A model generated the notes under the pieces. It made no database searches and had not been told where the DNA came from. It worked only from the letters and a program-made list of their open reading frames with translations. Position numbers and translations under genes: made by a program. From Macrostomum lignano (taxonomy: Eukaryota): 55,652 nt of DNA. Location: the NCBI GenBank assembly GCA_002269645.1, contig NIVC01004201.1, positions 1 through 55,652 on the forward strand, written 5' to 3'. Positions 1 through 10,700 of the stretch are shown here, one piece after another. Each line of letters begins with the position of its first letter. Position 1 is the stretch's first letter.

Positions 1-98
1 TGAGGCATTATGGTTGTCATTTTTTTCATACTGTTAGCCGTGACGTCTTTCGGTGAAAAATACTATTTGTAGTAAACACGGATTGACAAGTTTACGTA

Positions 99-400
99 GG
101 GACAGGGTGACAGAGGACAGGGTGACAGAGGGACAGGGTGACAGGGACAGGGTGACAGAGGGACAGGGTGACAGAGGGACAGGGTGACAGAGGGACAGGG
201 TGACAGAGGGACAGGGTGACAGGGACAGGGTGACAGAGGGACAGGGTGACAGAGGGACAGGGTGACAGAGGGACAGGGTGACAGAGGGACAGGGTGACAG
301 AGGGACAGGGTGACAGAGGGACAGGGTGACAGAGGGACAGGGTGACAGAGGGACAGGGTGACAGAGGGACAGGGTGACAGAGGGACAGGGTGACAGAGGG
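99..400. repeat. 16-bp minisatellite (GGGACAGGGTGACAGA)n, ~18 copies
   Basis: Direct tandem repeat read from the sequence; regularly spaced GGG runs. Confidence 0.95.
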
Positions 401-666
401 ATTGAAGAAGACTGAGCTACAGTGAACGAGCGACAGAGAAAGCCAGTTGCACCGGTTCAGTTATTGGCTGAGATCTACTCAAGCAATAACAAAGTAATTT
501 TTATGCAGCTAGGCTCAGCTCAAGACGCGCCAACGGACACTCTTTTGCGCTAGGAAAAGCAAAAAATGCTTTAGCTTCTTCCGAAACTTGAGTCCATTCT
601 CTACGACCGTATTTAGAAGTTGTCAAAAAATAATGAGTTTAGTATGCTGGCATCAGTGCCATCCAG

Positions 667-1429
667 TCAGACCACGGTGTACACAGCATTAAGGAAGTAA
701 CCGCCGCAGGTCTCGCTGGGCTTGCCTGGGCACTGGATTTTGCACAGGTCGTCGTCAACTTTGCCGTACTTGCCGAACACGTTGCCGCACCAGCAGTCGT
801 AGTTTTGAACGCCGAAGAATCTGAGCTTCTTTAGCCGGCACATGGAATTGCAGCCCAGAATGGTGAGCATGTTGCTCCTGCCGCCAAGGACTGGAAAGTC
901 CTTCTTGACTGGGTCGTCCTTGTAGCAGCCATTGTAACCTGGCCTTGCTTCCATGGCTCTGTAGCCCATGTAGCCGTATTGCAGTACCTCCATTGATGTG
1001 CTGACAGCTGCGACAGCAGCGGCTGCAGAGATCGATTGGGGAGTTTTTTGCGGTGGCGGCTGGTTGTTTTTATTGGGCTGTCGGCTGCGAATCACTGATG
1101 CGTCAGGTCGTTGGTTAGGAGTCGTCAGGCTCTAATCTGCTAGGGGCCAGGTTCTAATCTACAACTACAAGGTGTCAAGTTCTAATCGGTGAGGTGTGTC
1201 AGGCTCTAATCGGAGAGGTGTGTCAGGCTCTAATCGGTGAGGTGTGTCAGGCTCTAATCGGTGAGGTGTGTCAGGCTCTAATCGGTGAGGCGTGTCAGGT
1301 TCTAATATATGTATGAGATATCAGGCTTTAATCAATGAGGTATCAGGTCTCGAACTTACACGGACAAGCCTGAGCGGATGAAGTGAAGCAGGCAGCTATC
1401 AGGAGAAATGGAAGCAGAAAACTGAGCAT
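667..1429 (-). CDS. Secreted single-WSC-domain protein, paralog 1 (exons 1429-1360 and 1022-667, ~141 aa)
   Basis: Exon 1 is a signal peptide (MLSFLLPFLLIAACFTSSAQACP) ending at a GTAAG donor, phase 1. Acceptor CTCTGCAG restores the frame into a WSC cysteine pattern (GCYKD...C...C...GVQNYDCWCGN...C...CPG...CGG...VY). Confidence 0.85.
1125..1350. repeat. 24-bp intronic minisatellite (GAGGTGTGTCAGGCTCTAATCGGT)n in WSC paralog 1
   Basis: Tandem copies lie between the inferred donor (1359) and acceptor (1023). Confidence 0.85.
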
Positions 1430-1616
1430 GGTTCTCTGACAGAATTAATTTGCGTATCTTAGACACAAGAGTTGTATATTTTACTATCAAACCGTAAAAA
1501 GTGGAGTTTGACTGAATGCCAAATTGGCAAAAGTTGTCTGGTTTTGCCAGCAGTTTTACCATATAAATACTTCATGATTAGCTTTTAATTGCTTTATTTA
1601 GCTGAATCTAATTGTT

Positions 1617-4615
1617 GCTCGCTCGGCGTATTCAGCATGCCAGTGAAGTATGAGACAGACTAGGCCTATGGGCTAAGGTCTGCGATGCTCCACGCCTGCC
1701 CCTATCTTCAGCAGGTAAAGGCTGGAGGGAGGTCTGCACCCTCTATTTGCCGCTAGCAGCCGCAGAACCCCCCCCACGCTGTTTCGCAAGCCGACCCAGG
1801 GGTACTCGTCCCCGCGAGTGTTCAAGGCAGTCCCTAGGGCTGCCGGACAGACTGGGCTCCGGCGCTGGGGACCCATCCAGTGGCTTTTGCCGAACTTGGG
1901 TATGCGCGGTCTGGCTTGCCCAGTCTGTTTGACCGTGCCGATGGGCTGGAAGGCCGGGGAGTAGTCCGGTCGCTAGCGAGCCTCCTGGTGTCGGGCCAGC
2001 CTTGAGGGTTCTTTGGCCTACTGCCCAGTCAGGTGGAGCGGCCGGGTGGGTACCGCGCCCCTTCGAGGGTAGCCCACCAACCTTTATCATGGCCTTCGAG
2101 CCGACTATGGATAAAAGCCCTATTTCTAGGGACGGGGACCCTTCTAAACCCAAACCTCAGTCCGAATGACCGGCCGGCCCTGCTGGCAGATCCCAACCGA
2201 CTGATTCAACTGTGACAAAGGAAGGACCGGCTGGCTCTGCCGGCAGATCCAACCAGAGCTGCCAAAACCAAAGCACCCAAAGACCTGCCAGCTCTGTTGG
2301 TGGATCAAAGGGAACCGCGAGCTCTGAGCCTAAAGGACCGGCCAAATCTGGCAGATCCGACGAAGCTCAGCGGGCTCGGCTTGATGCTTTCATGCGAGCT
2401 GACAGCAATGCCCCTCAGCAATAATCAGCACGCCTTCCGTACTGGGAGGTCGACTGACAGCGCCCTGCATGCGATAGTCGAGAAGATTGAACGGGCAGTA
2501 CTGGGTGACGGTTACGCCCTGGCTCTTTTTCTCGACATTGTTAGCGCCTTCGACAACGTTATCTTTGAAGCGTTTCAGAGGGCCTTCAAAACCGCAAAGC
2601 TCATGCTACCCTCATACGGTGGATCATGTACATGATCTCTAACCGTACGGTCACTGCCCAACTTCTTGGGCAAACTGCCTCCGTCAGAGTCTGTTAGGGT
2701 GGACCCCAAGGCGGAGTCCTTACCCCGACGCTCTGGAACCTGGTCATGGACGCTCTTCTGAGTGACTCCCGACCCGACCCCGTCTTCAAAGTCGGGTATG
2801 CTGATGACGTCACGGCCATTGTGGCAGGACCGTCTCCCAGCACGCTCAGGGATCTGATGCAGAGCTGTATCCGCAAAGCAGAATCCTGGGCTAATGACAA
2901 CGGTCTGGAACTCTCTGAGCCCAAAAACTGTTGTCATTATGTTCACCAGCAGAATACGCTGGAACATACGACCTCTGCAGTTATACGGCAGAGATATTGC
3001 CTTCGCGCACCAGACAAAATGTCTCGGGTCATACTTGACCACCGGCTCAACTGGTCCTTCCACGTGAAAGCAAAAGCCAAGCGTGCCTCAGCCATCCTGG
3101 CCCAGCTCCGACGAGCATTTGGCACTTCTTGGGGTCTATCCCCAAAGCGGCTTTGGTGGATCTACATGTACACTTCCGCAGTTAGATCTGCCATTACGTA
3201 CGCCTCGGTTGTCTGGGTTAGCGCTACCCAGGTCAAAAGCCATGCAGATTTGCTCAACACGATCCAGGGCAGAGCGTGTAGGCTTATCTGCAACGCCACC
3301 AGGTGCACGCCCTTTGCCGGCATGGGGGCCTTCCTTAATCTACCGCCTCTCGACCTCTTCGTCAGGGGTGAGGTGGCTAGAACGACGCGGCGTTTACTTG
3401 ATGCCGGTGTCAAATTCCTTTACATGAGGGCACCTGCTAAGCGGAACCTCGTCCCGCATAGCGACCAGTGCCTCAACATTCTCAACGAGTGTCAGGCCAA
3501 TCGCGTCTTCACCGATGGGATTGCCTCAACGCTCAACCTGAGACAGCGCTACTCGACTCGCGCGATACCATCAATGACCACTGGAACCATGGAGAGCTTC
3601 ACTGCTACACCGACGGTTCTAAGCAGTCAGCCAACACCGGTTTTGGTGTTGGAATCTTCCTGAACGGGAAGGTCATCGCAACCCACGCTCAGTACACTGG
3701 GGTCAACTCCAGTGTCTTCCAAAATGAAGTTCTCGCCATCAGCTCCTGCATTGCAGAGCTCCTCGCCACTGGCGTATCCGGTAAGAACATAATTTTCCAT
3801 TCGGACAGCCAAGCTGCCTTGCACGCCATCAGTGGCTGTAGTACCAATTCTGCTACAGTCCTCGACTGTATCAAACTCCTCAACATGTTGGGCTCCACCA
3901 ACAAAATCACCCTTAAGTGGGTTCCGGGGCATGTGGGGATCCGAGGGAATGAGTTGGCTGATGCCCTTGCAAAAGTTGGCGCCTCCGGCTTCTCTCTCGG
4001 TCCCGAATCCCTTGTCCCGATTCCTGGCTGTGTCATCGACTCGCGCATCAAAGCGTGGATCAGGACCCAGCACCGCTCGACTTGGGCGAACTGCACTACC
4101 TGCAGGCAATCCAGAGGCGCTGTCCCTCAGCCCTCTCACCAGCTCCTTAAGCTCCTCTTGCGCCTCTCGCGCAGAGACATCCGGGCTGCCACCATGACCC
4201 TCTCAGGTCACGGCTGCTTCTCTAGGCACCAGTACCTGCAGGGCAACGCCACCAACGCCATCTGCAGTTTCTGTAACTCAGGTGACGAAACCGCTGAGCA
4301 TTTCGTCAGCATATGTCCCGCCTTTACGCGAGCCAGACTCAATTACCTCGGGCCACACACATCTATTACTGAAGCGTGCAAACCCGAAAACTTTAATCAG
4401 CTCATGCGCTACCTCCGGGCCACCCGCAGGGCTGAACTCTTCTTTCCAGAGAGCACCATAGCTGCTGGCGACACTGGGGGACCTCCCTGGGCGGCGCCAA
4501 CCCTTCGTCCATAGCGACGCGTCGGCCGTTCAGGGATTAGCGGAATGGGCGCTCGCGCCTTCCCTCTGTGTCCCTCCGGGACAGCCCTGCAGCTAAGTAA
4601 GTAAGTAAAGTAAGT
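1617..4615 (+). mobile_element. Non-LTR retrotransposon (LOA/Lian-like, I group), internally deleted and decayed
   Basis: 11-bp TSD ATCTAATTGTT at 1606-1616 and 4616-4626; (TAAG)n tail ~4594-4615. RT motifs QHAF, FLDIVSAFD, PQGG, YADD. RNase H motifs YTDGSK, SDSQAAL, WVPGH.GI.GNE.AD. C-terminal CxxC...H...C knuckle. Several frameshifts and stops. Confidence 0.92.
2410..4514 (+). pseudogene. LINE ORF2 remnant: RT + RNase H + zinc knuckle, no endonuclease
   Basis: Pieces in ORFs 2297-2635, 2746-3663 and 3468-4514 join across frameshifts (~2600, ~2930, ~3555) and an in-frame TAG (~2695). Confidence 0.9.
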
Positions 4616-4689
4616 ATCTAATTGTTACGAGCATATTGAATCAATTTAGAGGGGTTTTCAGAGGTACACCAAACTTTCAACCGCGCCTT

Positions 4690-4960
4690 TTCAAAGTACC
4701 CCCATCCGCCCCAATTTTTATTGCCCGTCTCGGAATTCCAGCCTAAAGCTGCCATGTACATTTCAGTGGACTGGCTAATGTACATTATTGCTGAACCAAT
4801 TAGCAAGTTGTTTACGCCCGCAAGCTTGGGCTTCTAAACTTATCAAAGTAATTTCAGCTGCCTTTATTTTTATAAAATAGCTTATGCATTCTTCTTTGCT
4901 ACTGAACTGAAAGTAAAAAGCTGTTTTGCTAAGTATATGCGCCTGAGTAGCCCACCCAGT
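4690..4960. repeat. Diverged direct duplicate of ~11140-11410 (non-coding)
   Basis: Shared blocks such as CTCGGAATTCCAGCCTAAAG and TTGCTGAACCAATTAGCAAGTTGTTTACGCC. Confidence 0.8.
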
Positions 4961-6146
4961 TATTTTAATTTATAATCAAATTCGGACAGCTAAAGCGCAT
5001 GTAAACTAGACCAAAAGTACATAAATTTAGCTGCACGTTTATGCCGCACTCTGTCGTCTTGGGGGTTGGCCCTTCATTAGCATGAATCAAATGACAAGCC
5101 CCAGACCAATAGTTACTTGTCATTTGGCAGACAAAATTTGCCGTGGGCTGATAAAACTTCCATTAGGAGAAAAAATTGTCCATTGGCGATAAAATTGTCC
5201 AGTAGAACAATCTACTCAGACGATATCCAGAGTCATCATCCAAACACCATTTGGACTCAAAAGACTGGACAAGGAAACCTCTTCCTTTCAACGAGCCTAG
5301 ACTGCAATATCCCGGTCTGCCTAAGTCTAAGAGACCATCTGGAGGCACATATCGTACATCAGTATCGATAAGTAGCCTGTGTGGCTCTTCATTTCACTGA
5401 ATTGTGGAATACAAATTGCGCGTTGAAGAGTTCCAATATCAGATAGGTCCGCCTAGGGCCAAGAAAGTCCAAAATCAAGCATACATCATATTAAAGGTTA
5501 AATTTCTCTTTTGTGGAAGCTTCCTTTCATTAATAAGAAAAGATTCTTTTTACCCGTGGCATCAATTCAATCATATCTGTAGCTCTGATCCCCGCTTTTT
5601 GGAGAACGTATTTCCTTCCTTCTCTTGCATGTCGCTATATGCAAAACCGTCTTCATCTCGGTCTTAACCTGGATAAGTCATGCTTGTTGGCCTTGCATCT
5701 GCATGTTTCGACGGATGTTTGTGGAAACATACTTGTAAATAGTTTGACTTGAAGTTTGCTACTTATCAGCACTCTACGCTCGCGGTTCAATTGTATGAAC
5801 TCCGGTCAAAAGCAGAATCACCCGAAAACAGGCGTAGAGTGGATTTTGCAACATCAGGCGGCGGCAGACCACTTGGCTCTGCCGCCTGCCTGAAAAGACG
5901 ACGGTTGCATTTCAGGATACTCAAGTACACAACCCCTGGAAACTTCTTTCAGTGAACAACCTGTGGATCCGCGACTCACATTGAGAAGAGCAGCTGGGAC
6001 AGGTGCAGCTAAGGTCAGCTTAAGACGCACCGATAAACACCTTTGTACTAGAAAAATAAAAATGCTAAACTTAAAATCCATCTTCTATCTATTCTAGAGG
6101 CTGTCAAAAATAATGAGTTTAGTCTGCTGGCATCAATGCCGTCCAG

Positions 6147-7500
6147 TCAGACCACGGTGTACACAGCATTAAGGAAGTAACCGCCGCAGGTCTCGCTGGG
6201 CTTGCCTGGGCACTGGATTTTGCACAGGTCGTCGTCAACTTTGCCGTACTTGCCGAACACGTTGCCGCACCAGCAGTCGTAGTTTTGAACGCCGAAGAAT
6301 CTGAGCTTCTTTAGCCGGCACATGGAATTGCAGCCCAGAATGGTGAGCATGTTGCTCCTGCCGCCAAGGACTGGAAAGTCCTTCTTGACTGGGTCGTCCT
6401 TGTAGCAGCCATTGTAACCTGGCCTTGCTTCCATGGCTCTGTAGCCCATGTAGCCGTATTGTAGTACATCAAATGCTGCGCCAACGGCTGGATTGGGAAG
6501 TTTGCAGGAGGCGGCTGGTGAAGGATCTAGTTGATTGCTTTATTGCGGTGTCGGTTGCTAATGGGTGATGAATCAGGGTGTTGTCTAAGAGGTGGTCAGA
6601 CTCTAATTAACAAGTTTGTCAGGCTCTAATCGATGAGGTGTCAGGCTTAAATCGATGAGTTGTGTCAGGTTCCAATCGGTGAGGTGTGTCAGGCTCTAAT
6701 CGGTGAAGTGTGTCAGGCTCTAATCGGCGAGGTGTGTCAGGATCTAATTGGGGAGTTGTGTCAGGCTCTAATCGGTGAGTTGTGTCAGGTTCTAAGCTAC
6801 GAGCCTATGAAACATCAGGCTCTAATCGGTGAGGTGTGTCAGGATCTAATCGGGGAGTTGTGTCAGACTCTAATCGGGGAGTTGTGTCAGACTCTAATCG
6901 GTGAGTTGTGTCAGGTTCTAAGCTACGAGCCTATGAAACATCAGGCTCTAAACGGTGAGGTGTGTCAGGATCTAATCGGGGAGTTGTGTCAGACTCTAAT
7001 CGGGGAGTTGTGTCAGACTCTAATCGGTGAGTTGTGTCAGGTTCTAAGCTACGAGCCTATGAAACATCAGGCTCTAATCGGTGGGGTTTGTCAGGCTCTA
7101 ATCGGTGGGGTGTGTCAGGCTCTAATCGGTTGGGTTTGTCAGGCTCTAATCGGTGGGGTGTGTCAGGCTCTAATCGGTTGGATTTGTCAGGCTCTAATCG
7201 GTGAGGTGTGTCAGGCTCTAATCGGTGAGTTGTGTCAGGTTCTAAGCTACGAGCCTATGAAACATCAGGCTCTAATCGGTTGGGTTTGTCAGGCTCTAAT
7301 CGGTGAGGTGTGTCAGACTCTAATCGGTGGGGTGTGTCAGACTCTAATCGGTGGTGTGTCAGACTCTAATCGGTGGGGTGTGTCAGACTCTAATCGGTGA
7401 GGTGTAAGGTCTCGAACTCACCTTGACAGGCCTGAGCAGATGAAGTGAAACACGCAGCTGTCAGGAGAAACGCAGAGAGAAAACCGACAGCCAAGCGCAT
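6147..7500 (-). CDS. Secreted single-WSC-domain protein, paralog 2 (exons 7500-7422 and 6487-6147, ~139 aa)
   Basis: Signal exon MRLAVGFLSAFLLTAACFTSSAQACQ ends at a GTGAG donor, phase 1. Acceptor AATCCAG is homologous to paralog 1. WSC domain is identical to paralog 1. Confidence 0.85.
6595..7405. repeat. Expanded 24-bp intronic minisatellite in WSC paralog 2
   Basis: Same unit as 1125-1350, with a recurring longer variant (CTAAGCTACGAGCCTATGAAACAT). Confidence 0.9.
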
Positions 7501-8523
7501 GACGCTCTGACTTGGCTGAAATCGAATTTGTGTGCGTATCGCAAGAATAGCTTGCTGTGTATTTAAAAATCAATCCGTATGAAGCTGCTTCACAGAATGC
7601 CAATCGGCAAAACAATTATCTCGCTTTGGCAGAGCAGTTTTACCATAGACGTACTTTTTCATTAGTTTATTAATTTGCTTAATCTAATTGCTATGTTGAG
7701 AGGGCTCTAGGATGCGAGGGCTCACTTGCACTGGGAGTACAACGGCCTAGCTTTCTCCGTCGTCGGACACGTATTGTGCACACAATGGAGGAGAGCTAAA
7801 ATGCTTGTAAAATAGACGTAGGCACAAAAATTCAGCTGTACGTTTATATCGCACGACAAGCTGCCCCAGACCAATCAATATTTGTGCATCGGGTCTCAAA
7901 TTTAGTTTGACGCCGCACCGAATAGAACCCGCGACGGCTTTGGTGAGAAAGTCAGATGCGTGTTAGCTTTGAGCTGATCTGCTCCGAGTGGTAGGGACGA
8001 AATTTGGATATGAAAGTTAGGGAACCAGGAGTGAGTGGTCCTGAAACACCGTTGTCTCTGATGCAGCGTTATGTCTGGTAGAGCGTTGTCTCTTATACAC
8101 CGTTATGTGACGATTTATCCGGTAGACTCGAAAATGACTAACGAAGACAAACACGGCAGAGGCAAATTTTGTAGCGTTTACTTGATGATAGTAACGACTG
8201 ATGCGGGCAATGGCCGCAGTCTTTGTTTATTGTAACCGTATGAGAGGATACGCTCGTAGTTAGGCTTGCTATTATCAATTCCGTCTGGGCGGTCAACAGA
8301 GATAGGTCAGAGTACTTGCTGAATCCGTAAGAAATGCACTGGGCGGCTACGCAACAATAAGATAGATGGTAGACGATAGAGTGAGTCGATGAGCCTGAGG
8401 CAATGATGACGATGTGATGGCGGTGAACGTGTGGTGGCGGTGCTCGTAGCGAGAGCTCGTACAGACAGTAGAGGTGGCGTGACTGAGACTTGGTTTAGAA
8501 CCGTGGCGGAGCGAGGCGGAGAG

Positions 8524-9148
8524 GGGTGCCCTTGAATTTAGTAACCGAAATTTAGTAACCGTGAATTTAGTACCGCCTGAATTTAGTACTGCCTGAATTT
8601 AGTACTGCCTGAATTTAGTACCGCCTGAATTTAGTACCGCCTAAATTTAGTACCGCCTGAATTTAGTACCGCCTGAATTTAGTACCGCCTGAATTTAGTA
8701 CTGCCTGAATTTAGTACCGCCTGAATTTAGTACCGCCTGAATTTAGTACCGCCTGAATTTAGTACCGCCTGAATTTAGTAATGCTTGAATTTAGTAACGC
8801 AACAAATGGTGCAGCTGAGAGATATTCCTTATGTATTAGTACAATACTAATACATTAGTACTATACTAGTGTATTATACATAGTATACATGCATAGTATA
8901 ATACATAGTATAATACATTAGTATAGTACTTCCTGAAGGAAAGGAAGTGAATATGAAGTGAAGGAAAGTTCTATTGTTCTGCAACTTCACTATATATATA
9001 TTATACATTAGTTTTATACATAATATATTTTATGCCTACATATATGTGCGTTACTAAATTCGAGCGGTACTAAATTCAGGCGGTACTAAATTCAGGCGGT
9101 ACTAAATTCACGGTTACTAAATTTCGGTTACTAAATTCACATAGACCC
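8524..9148. mobile_element. 625-bp non-autonomous foldback/MITE (MULE- or Merlin-like)
   Basis: 9-bp TSD GGCGGAGAG (8515-8523, 9149-9157); GGGT...ACCC termini; TIRs built from 16-bp GAATTTAGTACCGCCT subrepeats in unequal numbers; AT-rich core. Confidence 0.85.
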
Positions 9149-9699
9149 GGCGGAGAGAGAAGGCAAGCAAACAAGGAGTGCCGGGGTGGCAAGGGTCTAA
9201 GGGGTCTAAGGCGGGTTAACCCGAGCGCCCCAGCCAGACAGGACTGATAAGGAGCGGGCTGGGGTGGGTGCGCGCGGAGAACTTAATTTCAGGCTAACAT
9301 AATTTATGCGCGGCTTTTCTATTGGCCGGCGAGAAAAACAGAAATTATCGATCGCCTACTGTACTTAGGCTTTACAAACGTACGCAAGTTATTTAAAATT
9401 CTTTGGTCACTACTTTAAGCAGACGTGAGAGTACGAGACCATTAAATTAACAATATTATAGATTGGTACCGTATACTAAAACGGCCCTTGACGGGGCTAC
9501 TTAAATTGACAACGTCACAGTTATGTCTGGTAGAGCGTCGTCTCTGATACAGCGTTATGTCTGGTTAGAGCGTTGTCTCTGATACGGTACTGTCTCTAAA
9601 ACTGTCTCTCTTTTTCACTTCCTCCAATACTCCAGAGATAGTATGATTAAGCGACTGAGTATCGACCAATGAAGAACATGACATCTGGTGTTCTTTCCC

Positions 9700-10050
9700 G
9701 CATGAAAAATTGAGCAACGCTGGAGACCTGGACATGTCAGAGTCTTCTATCGCACAGGCTACAGCGACAAAAAGATGCAACGTGATGCGTCTGCTCAATG
9801 ATGCGAAAAAGTTCATTTGCACTATAGGCTTCGACCCTACGAATGTGTTCATGGAGAACGGACTACCCAAGATGCCGTCGCTGAATGCCAAAGCAATCAA
9901 AGCAGTTCACCAGACCTGCCTTGGTGTTGCCAGGTCGAAATTACAGATCCAGATCGGGGACGAGTTCTGGTGGCCATGCAGCCATAGATAAGGACATAGA
10001 GAGCACGATCAGAAAGTGTGACAAATGGCAAAATCGTCGAATAAAATGTT
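9700..10050 (+). pseudogene. Degenerate LTR-retrotransposon integrase zinc-binding fragment (Gypsy-like)
   Basis: AVHQTCLG...FWWP...DIESTIRKCDKWQ resembles the H..HLG...FWWP...DI...CxxC consensus, read across a frameshift. Confidence 0.5.
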
Positions 10051-10189
10051 TCGTTTTTCGTGGCCAGAAACTTCAAAACTTCTGTTAGGTTTGTCCTGTG
10101 CGTGTGTGCAACGGCCATTTTTGAAAAAATAAAATTGAATGAAAACATAAGAAGCGATCAGTTGCATACGAGTCTGTTGATGTTATGAT

Positions 10190-10700
10190 GTTAGTTTTTT
10201 ATTTAAAAATGCAAAGGCTTTAAAAGAGGACCAAAAAGTAGCTACCCAGCTTCCAACAAAGACAAGTATTGGCCAAGCTTTGCCCACATTGACGTACGAG
10301 CCAATGACCAATTTCGTTGGACCGTCGTCACAGTCGGCTAGGACTGTCTGAATAGCCGGCGTGAAATCCATTGCTGGTCTAAACGACCCCTTTGAAGGAA
10401 ACCTTCTTTATGCCCACGAGTTTCTATGGGCACGAAGCGAGTTTGTCTTTAGCTTCTCAAAAAGTAAGCATCGTCCTCAGACATGCCTGTGAGCTTGAGT
10501 ACGCTTGGTCATGCCGAGTCTGCGCTTTCCTTATCCTGCTTTTCGCCGAAGGTTCGCCGTAGCTTAGGAAATTCTCATAGCGTTTGCGAAGAGCGTCAGC
10601 TGACACGCTTGCCCAGGAGCTTTCTAGCTGATTGATGGGGCGTTCTTGGACTTTAGTCCACGCCGAGGCGTTTCTGTTCGTTTCAATCCTCATCAGCCAG
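10190..10700 (-). pseudogene. Degenerate Gypsy-like RT thumb / RNase H connection fragment
   Basis: FEKLK..., DFTPAIQTVLADCD...GKAWPI resembles AFEKLK...FDP...TDAS...PIAF. Weak and frameshifted. Confidence 0.4.

Noticed and set aside
6660-7400. 246-aa ALIGEVCQ repeat ORF
   Set aside because: It is antisense to WSC paralog 2 and lies entirely within its intronic repeat.
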